Sequence record: SRR20825019_49
Length of the DNA: 44,666 bases
Reading direction: 5' to 3' (one strand)
The position numbers were made by a program, and so were the translations under genes. This document shows, piece by piece, positions 1 to 10,486 of the stretch. The notes under the pieces are model-generated. The model was not told the DNA's origin. It made no database searches and was given only the letters and a program-made list of their open reading frames with translations. The number at the start of each line of letters is the position of its first letter. Position 1 is the first letter of the stretch.

Positions 1-210
1 GCCTTACTGGCTCAGTTATTGAAGCCCTCAGGCATGCTGCTATGCATGACCGAGCTGTACCATGAGGGCATCGATTTTCATCGCTGGAATTATAAAAACG
101 ATCCGACTCACGTCTTCATTTACCAGCTTAACACTATAAAGTATATAGCTGATAAATATGGATTTTCATGTTATGAGGTTGATGAAAGGTTGGTCACCTT
201 CAGACGCTGA
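1..210 (+). CDS. C-terminal fragment of a class I SAM-dependent methyltransferase (5'-truncated by window edge)
   Basis: Frame 1 is open from base 1; LLKPSGMLLCMT...WNYKNDPTHV resembles the C-terminus of Methyltransf_23-type proteins. Confidence 0.6.
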   Translation, partial: ALLAQLLKPSGMLLCMTELYHEGIDFHRWNYKNDPTHVFIYQLNTIKYIADKYGFSCYEVDERLVTFRR

Positions 211-778
211 ATTGCTGTTTGATGGCGTCTTTTTCAGAGGCCGGCAGAGACACGGTCAAGCTGACTTTATCGGTGAATTGCTGGTCGATGATCTCACCAT
301 GGATCTGCTTTAGCTGGTACTCAAGCATTTGCAGTTGCGGGTAATCAATATCCAGCTTTAATGTCGCCATTTCTACCCAGGGCAGGATCTTCGCCGCGGC
401 AATCGCTTGTTTGGCCGCAGTGCCGTATGCACGGGTGAGGCCCCCGGTACCCAGTTTGATGCCGCCGAAATAACGCACCACACCGACAACGACATTGATT
501 AACGCTTCACCCTCGAGTGGCGCAAGGATCGGTCTGCCAGCGGTGCCTGACGGCTCACCGGCATCATGGAAGCGCTCTGTCAGAAAACCTTCTGGCTGGC
601 GAATCCGCCAGGCAAAGGCTAGATGATTGGCATTAGGATGCTGACGTGCCAGTTGGCCCAGTTTTCTCAACGCTTCATCTTCAGACTGGCAGGGCATGAT
701 CACACCGATAAAGCGTGATTTTTTGATTTCATACTCGGCTTCCGCAGCGCGGTGAATCGTGTTGAACTTGGATGCCAT
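200..778 (-). CDS. yigZ: YigZ/IMPACT family protein
   Basis: EIKKSRFIG, DAGEPSGTAGRPIL and VVRYFGGIKLGTGGLTRAY signature motifs. Confidence 0.95.
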   Translation of the reverse strand: MASKFNTIHRAAEAEYEIKKSRFIGVIMPCQSEDEALRKLGQLARQHPNANHLAFAWRIRQPEGFLTERFHDAGEPSGTAGRPILAPLEGEALINVVVGVVRYFGGIKLGTGGLTRAYGTAAKQAIAAAKILPWVEMATLKLDIDYPQLQMLEYQLKQIHGEIIDQQFTDKVSLTVSLPASEKDAIKQQFSV

Positions 779-861
779 GGCTTACAGCTATAGGAAAAAA
801 ACAGGCAACAATTTAACATATCGCTCCACAACACGCGTTTTAGCGCTAGCAGGAGACAATT

Positions 862-1140
862 ATGAAAGCCATCCAAGTGGAACATCAGCCTGACCAGTCG
901 CGCCTTACCGAACTCGGCGTCTATGCCTGGCCTATCTGGGAAAAAGAGGCATCAGAATTCCCCTGGCATTATGATGAGAGAGAAACCGCCTATATCCTAG
1001 AGGGCGAGGTTGTCGTTACCGCTGATGACGGTAGCGAATCGGTAGAAATCAGAGCCGGTGATCTTGTCACCTTTGCCGCCGGCCTGAGTTGTCGCTGGCA
1101 TATCAAGCAGGACCTGCGTAAACATTATCAATTCGGCTAA
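862..1140 (+). CDS. Cupin_3 (DUF861) family protein
   Basis: WPIWEKE..FPWHYDERETAYILEGEV...AGDLVTF..G..C.W...LRKHY; AGGAG RBS upstream. Confidence 0.9.
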   Translation: MKAIQVEHQPDQSRLTELGVYAWPIWEKEASEFPWHYDERETAYILEGEVVVTADDGSESVEIRAGDLVTFAAGLSCRWHIKQDLRKHYQFG

Positions 1141-1156
1141 AAGCCCGGGAAAAACA

Positions 1157-3994
1157 TTGTCAGAAATAGAATTTATCATTGGCCAACGCTGGGTCAGTAA
1201 CAGCGAAGCTGAGCTGGGATTAGGCATCATCAAGGATAGTAGTGGTCGTAGTATCGAGGTTTTCTTCCCGGCTGTCGCTGAAAGCCGCTTTTATGCGGCG
1301 GATAATGCGCCCTTAAGCCGTGTGGTTTACTCCGAAGGCGAGCAGGTCAAAACCCGCGAACAACTGAGCTTTACCATCTCCGCGGTGCAGCCGCTCAACG
1401 GCTGTGTGATTTATCAGGGCGAGACCAGCCAGGGTGAAGCAGTCAGCTTCCATGAAATGGATCTCGACAGTCGTGTGCATTTCAATCAGCCACAGGATCG
1501 CCTGTTTGCTGGCCAGGTTGATAAAAACAGCCAGTTTGAATTACGGGCCAGGGCACTGGCCTATCAGCATGAATTATTCAGCTCACCGGTATTCGGCCTG
1601 CTTGGCGCTCGGGTTCAACTATTACCGCATCAGTTATACATTGCCAGTCAGGTTTCTCAGCGACATGCACCACGAGTGCTGCTGGCCGATGAGGTGGGTC
1701 TGGGTAAAACCATTGAAGCTGGGCTCATCATGCATCAGAAGATGTTGAGTGGTGAAGTCAAACGCGCGTTGGTCATTGTTCCGGATGCCCTGTTACATCA
1801 ATGGCTGGTCGAAATGCTGCGCCGCTTTAATCTGCATTTCAGCCTGATTGATGTCGAGCGTCACCTCACGCTGGTTGAACTCGACGAAGGTAACCCATTC
1901 GACAGTGCCCAACTGGTCTTATGTGGTCTCAATGATCTGCTGGAAAACCCGGTGATGCAGGAAGACCTGCTGGCTGCACATTGGGACATGCTGATAGTGG
2001 ATGAGGCGCATCATCTTTACTGGGAACCCGGTAACAGCAGTCCGGCCTATCAGTTGATTGAAAAGCTGGCGGCCCGGATTGCCGCGCTGTTGTTACTGAC
2101 CGCCACACCCGAGCAGCTAGGTATCGACAGTCATTTTGCGCGTTTGCGATTGCTGGATCCGGAACGTTTTCATGATCTTGAAGCGTTCAGACAGCAGGAA
2201 GCGGCCTATCAGCCGATTTCGGATCTGATTGATAAACTTGATGTGCTTGAGGCAGCAGATAGCAGCGCCATTGGTAAATTAATACCTGACTTGCAGCCGT
2301 ATCTGTCAGAAACACTGATTACCGGTCTGCAGATTGAGGATGGTTTTGAAGCTTCAAGACAACAAGCCATCAGAGACCTGCTTGATCAACATGGTACCGG
2401 TCGGGTTCTGTTCCGTAACAGCCGTGAGGTAGTCAAGGGCTTTCCCAAGCGGATTCTGCACAGCTACCCGCTTGACTCGGATAGCAGGCTGATGGGGGCT
2501 GAAGCGCTCAGACCGGAAACTGTGCTTGGTCATGACTGGCTGAATGAAGACAGCCGGGTTGTCTGGCTGATTGATTTCCTCAAAGCCCGCCGTGGTGAGA
2601 AAATTCTGCTGATTTGTGCCAGTGCTGATACAGCGACTCAACTGGACAGTTACCTTAGTGTGCATCAAGGCGTTCGTAGTGCGGCTTTCCATGAAAATCT
2701 GAGCCTGATGAACCGTGACCGTGCCGCCGCCTATTTTGCCGAGGAAGAAGACGGCGCACAGTTACTGGTTTGCTCAGAGATCGGTAGTGAAGGGCGCAAT
2801 TTCCAGTTTTGTCACCATCTGGTATTGCTGGATTTACCCCGTCATCCAGATTTACTGGAGCAACGTATCGGCCGACTTGATCGTATTGGTCAGCAGCATG
2901 ATGTTGAAATTCATGTGCCTTATTACCATGGCAGTGCCCAACAAGTGCTGCTTAACTGGTATCACCAGGGCATGAATGCTTTCGAACAGGTGTTTGCCGC
3001 TGGCGATGCGGTCAACAAGACGACGCAGGCGCAGCTGGAAACCTGCCTGAACAGTCCAGATAATACAAAAGCTCTCGCAGCGTTGATTGATTCGACCCGT
3101 GCCACGGCGGAGAAAGCCAGACAAAGTCTGCAGTCGGGTCGTAATCGTCTACTGGAGCGAAACTCCTTTGATGCTGATACAGCCCAACACATCATTGCTG
3201 AACTGGAAGAAGCGACACGCGGCCTGGAACTGGCTGATTTTATGGATGATGTGTTTGATGCTTTCGGCGTAGAACAACAGCCGCATAGTAGTGACAGTGT
3301 GATTCTCGAGCCGGGTAATCATATGGTTTATCCTTTCCCGGAACTGCCGGAAGATGGTCTGACTGCCACTTACCAGCGCCATCGCGCGCTGGGACGGGAA
3401 GATATGGCATTTCTGACCTGGGAACATCCGATGGTGCTGGGTGCCATGGATATGGTGATGAATACCGAAATCGGTAACAGCGCCTTCTGCACACTGGATA
3501 GTGGTGAGTTCAAACCGGGCACACTGCTGCTTGAGGCTATTTTCAAGGTACAGGCTATCGGTACATTGCAGACCTATGTTGATCGTTTTCTGCCTCAGCG
3601 TTATTTCCGCATTGTGGTGGACGCCGAAGGCCGCCAATACCAGGAAATACTACCGGACAGGCAGTTCAATAAGCTGGCCGGACGCATTCCACGGGCGACC
3701 TCGCAGGAATTAATCCGTCATGCCCGTCCCCAGTTGGAGAACCTGATCCAGCAGGCACAGCAAGTATCGACCGAACCGGGAGAAACACTCAGAGGCAAGG
3801 CACTGACAGCCATGCAGCTGGAAATGGCTGCGGAGACTGCCCGCCTGCAAGCCCTGGCAGAAAAGAATCCGGCCATTCGTCAGGATGAAATTGACGTTAT
3901 GGCTACACTGACCAACGATCTGGCGAATACGATACAATCAGCCGAGTTAAGCCTGGATGCTGTCCGGGTCGCGATAGTTACTGAAGCAAATTAA
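1157..3994 (+). CDS. rapA: RNA polymerase-associated Swi2/Snf2 ATPase RapA
   Basis: N-terminal GQRWVS..E.ELGLG, LLADEVGLGKT, DEAHH, SEIGSEGRNFQF, QRIGRLDRIGQ; 945 aa; TTG start. Confidence 0.97.
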   Translation: MSEIEFIIGQRWVSNSEAELGLGIIKDSSGRSIEVFFPAVAESRFYAADNAPLSRVVYSEGEQVKTREQLSFTISAVQPLNGCVIYQGETSQGEAVSFHEMDLDSRVHFNQPQDRLFAGQVDKNSQFELRARALAYQHELFSSPVFGLLGARVQLLPHQLYIASQVSQRHAPRVLLADEVGLGKTIEAGLIMHQKMLSGEVKRALVIVPDALLHQWLVEMLRRFNLHFSLIDVERHLTLVELDEGNPFDSAQLVLCGLNDLLENPVMQEDLLAAHWDMLIVDEAHHLYWEPGNSSPAYQLIEKLAARIAALLLLTATPEQLGIDSHFARLRLLDPERFHDLEAFRQQEAAYQPISDLIDKLDVLEAADSSAIGKLIPDLQPYLSETLITGLQIEDGFEASRQQAIRDLLDQHGTGRVLFRNSREVVKGFPKRILHSYPLDSDSRLMGAEALRPETVLGHDWLNEDSRVVWLIDFLKARRGEKILLICASADTATQLDSYLSVHQGVRSAAFHENLSLMNRDRAAAYFAEEEDGAQLLVCSEIGSEGRNFQFCHHLVLLDLPRHPDLLEQRIGRLDRIGQQHDVEIHVPYYHGSAQQVLLNWYHQGMNAFEQVFAAGDAVNKTTQAQLETCLNSPDNTKALAALIDSTRATAEKARQSLQSGRNRLLERNSFDADTAQHIIAELEEATRGLELADFMDDVFDAFGVEQQPHSSDSVILEPGNHMVYPFPELPEDGLTATYQRHRALGREDMAFLTWEHPMVLGAMDMVMNTEIGNSAFCTLDSGEFKPGTLLLEAIFKVQAIGTLQTYVDRFLPQRYFRIVVDAEGRQYQEILPDRQFNKLAGRIPRATSQELIRHARPQLENLIQQAQQVSTEPGETLRGKALTAMQLEMAAETARLQALAEKNPAIRQDEIDVMATLTNDLANTIQSAELSLDAVRVAIVTEAN

Positions 3995-4040
3995 ATACGG
4001 ATAGTCATTTCCTTCTCAAGATGGTCGCTGGGAGCATAAG

Positions 4041-5273
4041 TTGTTAAAAAAAATCGCGTTACCCATCCTTATAATCGGTCTCGCTGTTCTGGCGTTCATG
4101 TTGCTCAAGGTCAGCGAGCCGGAAACGCCGGCAATGGAAAAAAAGGAAAAAGCCTGGCTGGTCGAAGCGGTTCAGGTTAACTACCAGCGGGTCGCGCCGG
4201 AAGTCACACTTTACGGCAGGGTGGAAACACCGCGTGATGCCAGTTTGAAGTCTGCGCTTGAAGCCGATGTCATCGAAGTCAATGTGCTCGAAGGCGACAG
4301 GGTGACGGCCGGTCAGACTCTGCTTAAGCTGGATGACATCGATATTCAGCTTCTGTTGCAGCAGCGTCAGGCTGATCTTCAGGAAGCTCAGGCTCAGATT
4401 GAGGGCGAGAATCAGCGTTTTCAACGTGATAAAGCCTTATTGGCCAACCAGAAACAGTTACTGGATCTGGCCGACAAAGCGGTACAACGTGCCCGCAAAC
4501 TGGAACAGACCCGGCTGGCTTCGCAGGCATCGCTGGATGATGCCCTGGCAGCCTATGAACAGCAGGCCTTAGCGCTGAAACAATTGCAGTTTGATATCGA
4601 TAATCACACAGTCAGACTGGCCCAGTTACAGGCAGCCAGGCAACGTGCTGAAGCATTATTGGCCCAGGCTGAAGTCAATCTCAGCCGAACCGAAATCAAG
4701 GCCCCTTTTGATAGCCGGGTCGCAGGACTCACGGTCGCTTTGGGTGACCGTGTCAGACCCGGTGATACGCTGCTGACGGTCTATGATCTGGATAATCTCG
4801 AAGTCAGGGCGCAGGTCCCGGGTCGTTATGTTCCGCAGGTACGCCAGATGCTGCAACAGGGTAAACAACTGGAAGCCAGTGCCGAGGTGGATGGTCAGTT
4901 GATGCGACTGACGCTGAACCGTTTGTCTGGTGAAGTCAGAGAAGACAGCGGTGGTATCGATGGCCTATTCCGCATTGAGAACAATATGGCACCGCTGCCA
5001 TTGGGCACCTTTGTTGAATTACAGCTACAGCTTGCTGAACAGGAAAATGTGATTGAAGTCCCGTTCAGCGCGCTATACGGCATGGATCGCGTATACCGTA
5101 TTGAGGAGGGGCATTTGCAGTCCGTGCCTATCCAGCGTGTCGGTGAAGTGGAACGGGAAAATGGCAAAAACAGCCTGCTGATCCGGAGTGAGGCGCTGAA
5201 ACCGGACGATCTGATTGCAGCGACCCAATTACCCAATGCGATTACCGGACTCAGAGTCGAGGTTGCTGACTGA
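4041..5273 (+). CDS. RND efflux periplasmic adaptor (membrane fusion protein)
   Basis: N-terminal TM, lipoyl half-motifs (V.EGDRV.AGQ.L; IKAPFD..V....V..GDRV.PG), long coiled coil; TGATG overlap with RND gene. Confidence 0.9.
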   Translation: MLKKIALPILIIGLAVLAFMLLKVSEPETPAMEKKEKAWLVEAVQVNYQRVAPEVTLYGRVETPRDASLKSALEADVIEVNVLEGDRVTAGQTLLKLDDIDIQLLLQQRQADLQEAQAQIEGENQRFQRDKALLANQKQLLDLADKAVQRARKLEQTRLASQASLDDALAAYEQQALALKQLQFDIDNHTVRLAQLQAARQRAEALLAQAEVNLSRTEIKAPFDSRVAGLTVALGDRVRPGDTLLTVYDLDNLEVRAQVPGRYVPQVRQMLQQGKQLEASAEVDGQLMRLTLNRLSGEVREDSGGIDGLFRIENNMAPLPLGTFVELQLQLAEQENVIEVPFSALYGMDRVYRIEEGHLQSVPIQRVGEVERENGKNSLLIRSEALKPDDLIAATQLPNAITGLRVEVAD

Positions 5274-8200
5274 TGGAAGGTCATCGCAACGATTTTATCG
5301 GCATATTCGCCCAGCATCGGGTTGCCGCCAATTTGCTGATGATCATGATGCTGGTTGCCGGTGTCTTATCGCTGAACCGCCTTAACACCCAGTTTTTCCC
5401 CAATTTTGCGCTCGATATTATTACCGTCAGCATTACCTGGCGTGGGGCCAGTGCCGAAGATGTAGAAGAATCACTGACTAGCCGCGTTGAGCAGGAACTG
5501 CGTACCATCGACTACGTCGACAAGATGACGTCGACTTCCTCTTATGGTGCCTCGCTGGTGACGCTGGAATTTGAAGAAGAGGCCGATATGGGCCGGGCAC
5601 TGGATCAGGTCAAAGATCATGTCGCTCGCCTGCGTAATCTCCCTGCCGACTCGGAAACCCCTGAAATCAGCCTGGTGACACGCTATGACACGGTGGCCAG
5701 ATTGCTCATCACCAGTGATGGTGAGTTGGATGAACTCCGAGACCTGGCTCATCAAATCGAGCATGAATTACTCGATCGTGGTATTTCCCGAGTCAATATT
5801 ACCGGCTTGCCGGAAGAAGAAATCGCAATCCAGCTCAGCACCCATGAACTCGAAGCTCTGGGTTTGAGTTTCAATCAGGTGGGTGAACGGGTCAGTGAGC
5901 AAAGTCAGGATCTGCCTGCCGGCGAGGTCGGTAACGACGAAACTGCAAGACAGTTGCGAAGTCAGGGCCAGAAACGTGATGTTTACGCGTTCAGTGAGCT
6001 ATTGCTGAAAGCGGATTATGCCGGTGGTCTGGTGATGCTCGATGATGTCGCCAAGATTGAGCGGCGGCCGATGCGTAACCAGGTCAAAGTGTTTTATCAG
6101 GGCCAGCCGGCGGTCGAAATCGAATTGCAGCGTACAGAGAATGCCGATGCGCTGAAGTCCGCCGAGATTATGAAGCAATGGCTGGAAGACAGCCGCGATG
6201 ATTTACCCGCTGGTGTCAAAATCAAAGTGTTTGACGCTACCTGGGAACTGATCGAAGAGCGGATTAACCTGTTGCTGCACAATGGTCTTGGTGGGCTGTT
6301 GCTGGTACTGGGCGTCCTGTTCCTGTTCCTGCATGGCCGAGTGGCTTTCTGGGTTGCGGTGGGCATACCGGTCTCATTCATGGCAGCGCTGTCTGTGCTT
6401 TATCTGCTGGGCGGCAGTATCAATATGATCAGCCTGTTCGGACTCATCATGTCGCTGGGTATTATCGTGGATGATGCCATTGTGGTCGGTGAAGACGCCT
6501 TATCGCACTATCAAAGCGGTGAACGTTCGCTGACCGCCGCTGAGGGCGGGGCCAGACGTATGCTGGCACCGGTGGTGTCCTCATCCCTGACGACAATTTC
6601 AGCTTTCCTGCCTTTAATGATGATAAGCGGTGTTATCGGCAATATCCTGTTCGATATTCCCTTTGTCGTTATTTGCGTGATTATCGCTTCCCTGATTGAG
6701 AGTTTTCTTATTCTGCCCGGTCACTTGCGACATTCTTTTCATACCATGCATCATGCCGAGCCCGGCCGTTTCCGTGGCTATCTTGACAGTCAGTTTCACC
6801 GTTTTCGGGACCATGTTTTCAAACCGCTGGTGACTCATGCCGTCAATTTTCGTGGGGTTACGATTGCTGCTGCGGTCGCTTTGTTGATTCTGGCTATCGG
6901 TTTACTCGCCAGTGGCCGTATTCTGTTCAATTTCTTCCCGTCACCGGAAGGCACGACCATCGTCGCCAATGCCCGTTTTATCGCTGGCACCCCGAGTGAG
7001 CATGTAGAGCGTTTTCTTGCCCATGTTAACCAGACGCTGGATGAGACAGCAGAAGAGCTTGGTCCGGAATTACTGGATCTCTCTGTGACACGTCAGAGCA
7101 CAGCCAGTGCCGCCAACCCGAATGCGACTTCCCAGGTCGATGAGCGTTTCGGCTCAATCCAGTTGGAAATGATTTCGCCGGACAAACGTGATATCCGCAA
7201 TAAAGACTTTATTAATGTCTGGCGTGAAAAAATTCATCTGCCACCGGGGATAGAGACTTTCACCATCAGCGAACGCCGCGGCGGACCGCCCGGCAGTGAT
7301 ATTGATATCAGGCTGACCGGTGCACCAGCGGACACACTTAAATCTGCTTCGCAGGAAATCGCCGAGAAGCTGAAAACCTACCCCGGGGTCAGTGCTATTG
7401 AAGATGATATGCCTTACGGACAGGAGCAGCTGATTTATCGGATAAAAGGGCAGGGTGAAGTGCTGGGCTTGACGCTGAATAACGTCGGCCGCCAGTTGCG
7501 GGCAGCCTTTGAGGGCCAGTTGGTGCAGATTTTCCAGGATGGTGATGACGAAGTCGAAGTCCGGGTGATGTTGCCTGAAAATGAACGCAACACGCTGGCC
7601 ACGCTGGAAAACTTTATGGTTCGCCTGCCTGACGGAGGGAGTGCCCCCCTGTCCAGCGTGGTCGAATTTGAAGCCCGTCGCGGTTTTGATGTGCTGCGTC
7701 ACACTGATACCCAGCTTGCGATTCATACCACGGCCACGGTCGACGCCACGGTGAATAATAACAATGAGATCCTTGCGGATATGCAGCAGACCTTTCTGCC
7801 TGAATTGACTTCACGCTATGGGGTTAAAGTCGCCTATGAAGGGCGGGCCGAAGAACAGGCAGAAACCATCGGCGATATGGTGCAGGGCGTCTTTCTCGCT
7901 TTTGTCATGATTTACCTGGTGCTGGCCTGGGTATTTGCCTCTTACGGTTGGCCTTTGGTGGTGATGTCGGCGATTCCATTCGGGCTTATCGGTGCTTTGT
8001 TCGGTCACTGGCTGCTTAATATCGACCTCACTATTCTGTCGCTGTTTGGTATTTTCGGTCTGTCCGGGATCGTGGTGAATGATTCAATTATTCTGGTGAC
8101 TTTCTTCAAACAATTGCGTGAGTCAGGCATGGGTACCCAGCAGGCGATTATCGAAGCGTCGAGTCAGCGCCTGCGTGCGGTATTGCTGACCTCATTAACT

Positions 8201-8395
8201 ACGATCGGCGGTCTGACGCCACTGTTGTTTGAGACCTCCCTGCAGGCCCAGTTCCTGATTCCGATGGCGGTATCGATATCGTTTGGACTCATGTTCGCAA
8301 CCGCGCTGGTTTTACTGGTGATACCGGCCATGTTGTCTGTGCATGAGAGTGCCGCAGATAAAATCAGTGGTAAGCTTGTGCCACAAAAAAGTTAG
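5273..8395 (+). CDS. RND efflux transporter permease (AcrB/AcrD/AcrF family)
   Basis: 1040 aa; GIIVDDAIVVGE in TM4, GIVVNDSI, RLRAVLLTSLTT; 12-TM layout. Confidence 0.95.
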   Translation: MEGHRNDFIGIFAQHRVAANLLMIMMLVAGVLSLNRLNTQFFPNFALDIITVSITWRGASAEDVEESLTSRVEQELRTIDYVDKMTSTSSYGASLVTLEFEEEADMGRALDQVKDHVARLRNLPADSETPEISLVTRYDTVARLLITSDGELDELRDLAHQIEHELLDRGISRVNITGLPEEEIAIQLSTHELEALGLSFNQVGERVSEQSQDLPAGEVGNDETARQLRSQGQKRDVYAFSELLLKADYAGGLVMLDDVAKIERRPMRNQVKVFYQGQPAVEIELQRTENADALKSAEIMKQWLEDSRDDLPAGVKIKVFDATWELIEERINLLLHNGLGGLLLVLGVLFLFLHGRVAFWVAVGIPVSFMAALSVLYLLGGSINMISLFGLIMSLGIIVDDAIVVGEDALSHYQSGERSLTAAEGGARRMLAPVVSSSLTTISAFLPLMMISGVIGNILFDIPFVVICVIIASLIESFLILPGHLRHSFHTMHHAEPGRFRGYLDSQFHRFRDHVFKPLVTHAVNFRGVTIAAAVALLILAIGLLASGRILFNFFPSPEGTTIVANARFIAGTPSEHVERFLAHVNQTLDETAEELGPELLDLSVTRQSTASAANPNATSQVDERFGSIQLEMISPDKRDIRNKDFINVWREKIHLPPGIETFTISERRGGPPGSDIDIRLTGAPADTLKSASQEIAEKLKTYPGVSAIEDDMPYGQEQLIYRIKGQGEVLGLTLNNVGRQLRAAFEGQLVQIFQDGDDEVEVRVMLPENERNTLATLENFMVRLPDGGSAPLSSVVEFEARRGFDVLRHTDTQLAIHTTATVDATVNNNNEILADMQQTFLPELTSRYGVKVAYEGRAEEQAETIGDMVQGVFLAFVMIYLVLAWVFASYGWPLVVMSAIPFGLIGALFGHWLLNIDLTILSLFGIFGLSGIVVNDSIILVTFFKQLRESGMGTQQAIIEASSQRLRAVLLTSLTTIGGLTPLLFETSLQAQFLIPMAVSISFGLMFATALVLLVIPAMLSVHESAADKISGKLVPQKS

Positions 8396-8399
8396 TCTG

Positions 8400-8432
8400 G
8401 TTAAGTTTGTATTAAGCTTATGCCGTAATAGT
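8400..8432 (+). promoter_or_regulatory. Putative PmrA/QseB-type response-regulator box upstream of TolC gene
   Basis: GTTAAG-TTTGT-ATTAAG (11-bp period), then 10 nt and AATAGT (-10-like). Confidence 0.55.
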
Positions 8433-8462
8433 AGCTGTTTGGCGTGATAGTAAGGGGCCTGC

Positions 8463-9692
8463 ATGTCTTATTTAAAACACCTGATTGCCAGTCTTCTGGT
8501 CTCTCATTCCTTCGTTGTCAGCGCAGGCGGGTTGCCAGCAGACTACTCTGACGGGATTACTCTGAGCAGTGTCACCGAGCAGGTCTATCAGCGCTTGCCG
8601 GGGAAACAGGCAGAAAGCAAGTTTGGCCAGTTGCAGCAAGCTAATGATGAGTTGGGCAATGCCTTATTTGCTGAGCCTGCCACTGCCAATCTTGACCATT
8701 TTAATGATGCTATCGGTAGTGGAGATGGTATGCAGGAATGGGAGGGCAGTGTTGATATGCCGATCTGGCTGCCCGGGCAGCAGCAGGCTCAACAGGCTCT
8801 TTCCGGCAAAATTATCGCGCAGTTGCCGGCTTACCAAAGCCGACTTCGTCTCCAGGCTAGCGGCGAAGTCAGGGAACTCGTCTGGCAGGTGAAGCTGGCC
8901 GAAGCTCGGCTTGAACAGGCCGAACAAGTCTGGGAAACAGCAAAAAAGCTGGAACAGGATGTACAATCCAGAGTGAAAGCCGGCGATCTCGCCGCCAATG
9001 AAGCGTTACTGGCCAGCAGCAACACAATGGAAGCGCACAGCAAGATGATTGCGGCCGAATCCCAACTATCGCAGCAGCTTAAGATTTATCAATTGATTAC
9101 CGGCTTGCAATCCTTGCCGGCGGAAGTGGCTGAAGCATCCCAGGAACAGACTGTTGTGCCCGCCCAGCATCCTGTACTTTTAATGCAGGATCAGGTCATC
9201 GCCAGGCTGCAGGCGGAAATGGGTATAGTCCGCTTTGAAGGTAGCGTCAATCCCAGTGTTTCTGTCGGTGTCCGTCGTGAACGCGGTGATGACAACGAGT
9301 CCTTTAATAACAGCCTTGGCATTGGTTTCAGTATGCCTCTTGATAATCAACGATATAGTGAGGTGGCGGTCGCTGAGAGTGCGGCTGCACTGGCCGATGC
9401 CCAAGTGGCCAGACAGGAACTGGAACGTCAGTTAAACAAGGACCTGCTGGCCAGCCAGGAGACCTTATCTGCCACGCGTAAACAGTTGGACCTGGCGGCT
9501 AAACAGAACCAGACCACCAATGAGTATTACCAGATGCAAAAACGCGCTTTTGATCTGGGTGAAATCAACCTGATTGATTTATTAAGAAGCCAGGTGCTGG
9601 CTAATGAGAGTCGCAGTCGTAAACGCGAAATCGAGGTTCAGATAGAGCAGCAAAAAGCGCTGGTAAATCAGGCGCTCGGCATCATTTTATAA
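8463..9692 (+). CDS. TolC/CzcC-like outer membrane efflux protein
   Basis: Signal peptide; two OEP repeats (..VKAGDL..; ..FDLGEINLIDLL..); helical coiled coils. Confidence 0.85.
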   Translation: MSYLKHLIASLLVSHSFVVSAGGLPADYSDGITLSSVTEQVYQRLPGKQAESKFGQLQQANDELGNALFAEPATANLDHFNDAIGSGDGMQEWEGSVDMPIWLPGQQQAQQALSGKIIAQLPAYQSRLRLQASGEVRELVWQVKLAEARLEQAEQVWETAKKLEQDVQSRVKAGDLAANEALLASSNTMEAHSKMIAAESQLSQQLKIYQLITGLQSLPAEVAEASQEQTVVPAQHPVLLMQDQVIARLQAEMGIVRFEGSVNPSVSVGVRRERGDDNESFNNSLGIGFSMPLDNQRYSEVAVAESAAALADAQVARQELERQLNKDLLASQETLSATRKQLDLAAKQNQTTNEYYQMQKRAFDLGEINLIDLLRSQVLANESRSRKREIEVQIEQQKALVNQALGIIL

Positions 9693-9714
9693 ATTTTCAT
9701 CAAACCTTTCCTCG

Positions 9715-9747
9715 CTTAATTTTTCGTTAAGACTACCACGCTAATCT
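9715..9747 (+). promoter_or_regulatory. Putative PmrA/QseB-type box and -10 upstream of the hemolysin/HDO operon
   Basis: CTTAAT-TTTTC-GTTAAG, then 10 nt and TAATCT. Confidence 0.6.
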
Positions 9748-9778
9748 GTGTCTCAAATGTCACAGACTGGAGTGGTAT

Positions 9779-10486
9779 ATGGAAGCAGTTTCGTTCAGTA
9801 ATCTCATGCCCGAAAACGGGCATTTTCAACGGCATGCAGCCAACTGGGGTTTGTTACCCCTCTATTCACTGAAGCTGCATACACCGCATACCCCTGACAG
9901 GGCAGCTGTAGAGCAGTTTATCTACCAGCGCTTCGCTCACCAGTATGGCGCTGATATCAGTGCCTTTCTTCCCATGCTGCTGTCTGCCGCTGATGATAAG
10001 GGAATCACCGCTGCACTGGGTTTCCAGCCTGCTTCTTTACATCGCTTGTTTCTAGAGTTTTATCTGGATTGCGATATCGAAACCACTCTGGGACTGGTGA
10101 CCCAGAGTGACGTCGAACGCCAACGAATCGTTGAAATTGGTAATCTCGCCTCTGGCAGACAACGTGCGACACAATCCTTGTTTCTATTACTGGCGCAGAT
10201 CCTTTATGCAGCAGGTTATGAATGGGTGGTGTTTACTGCTAACAGCGCGGTTAAAAGCTGGCTGGCAAGATTACAGATCCCTGCGTTTGTGCTTAACGAG
10301 GCTGACCCGAAACGTCTGCCTGACAAAGGCGCTAACTGGGGAACTTACTATGACGACAAACCTGTTGTTCTAGCTGCCAATATTGATCGTAGTTTCAGTA
10401 CGATGAATAGCCATCCACTGATGGCCCATCTACGCAATCAATATGCTGACGAAATCGGTCATTTTTCTGCACGGTTACCGCAATGA
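9779..10486 (+). CDS. 'Thermostable hemolysin' (delta-VPH) family protein, probably an acyltransferase-fold enzyme
   Basis: E.FI..RF...YGA.I..FLP.LL, LFLE.YLD..IE, IVEIGNLAS, WVVFTA, ADP.RL....NWGTYY...P.V motifs. Confidence 0.85.
   Translation: MEAVSFSNLMPENGHFQRHAANWGLLPLYSLKLHTPHTPDRAAVEQFIYQRFAHQYGADISAFLPMLLSAADDKGITAALGFQPASLHRLFLEFYLDCDIETTLGLVTQSDVERQRIVEIGNLASGRQRATQSLFLLLAQILYAAGYEWVVFTANSAVKSWLARLQIPAFVLNEADPKRLPDKGANWGTYYDDKPVVLAANIDRSFSTMNSHPLMAHLRNQYADEIGHFSARLPQ

Noticed and set aside
811-821. ATTTAACATAT resembles a XerD arm
   Set aside because: No XerC arm at the correct spacing; it lies in an ordinary divergent promoter region
9779-10486. Literal reading as a secreted hemolytic toxin
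   Set aside because: No signal peptide and it is translationally coupled to enzymes; the name is a legacy family label
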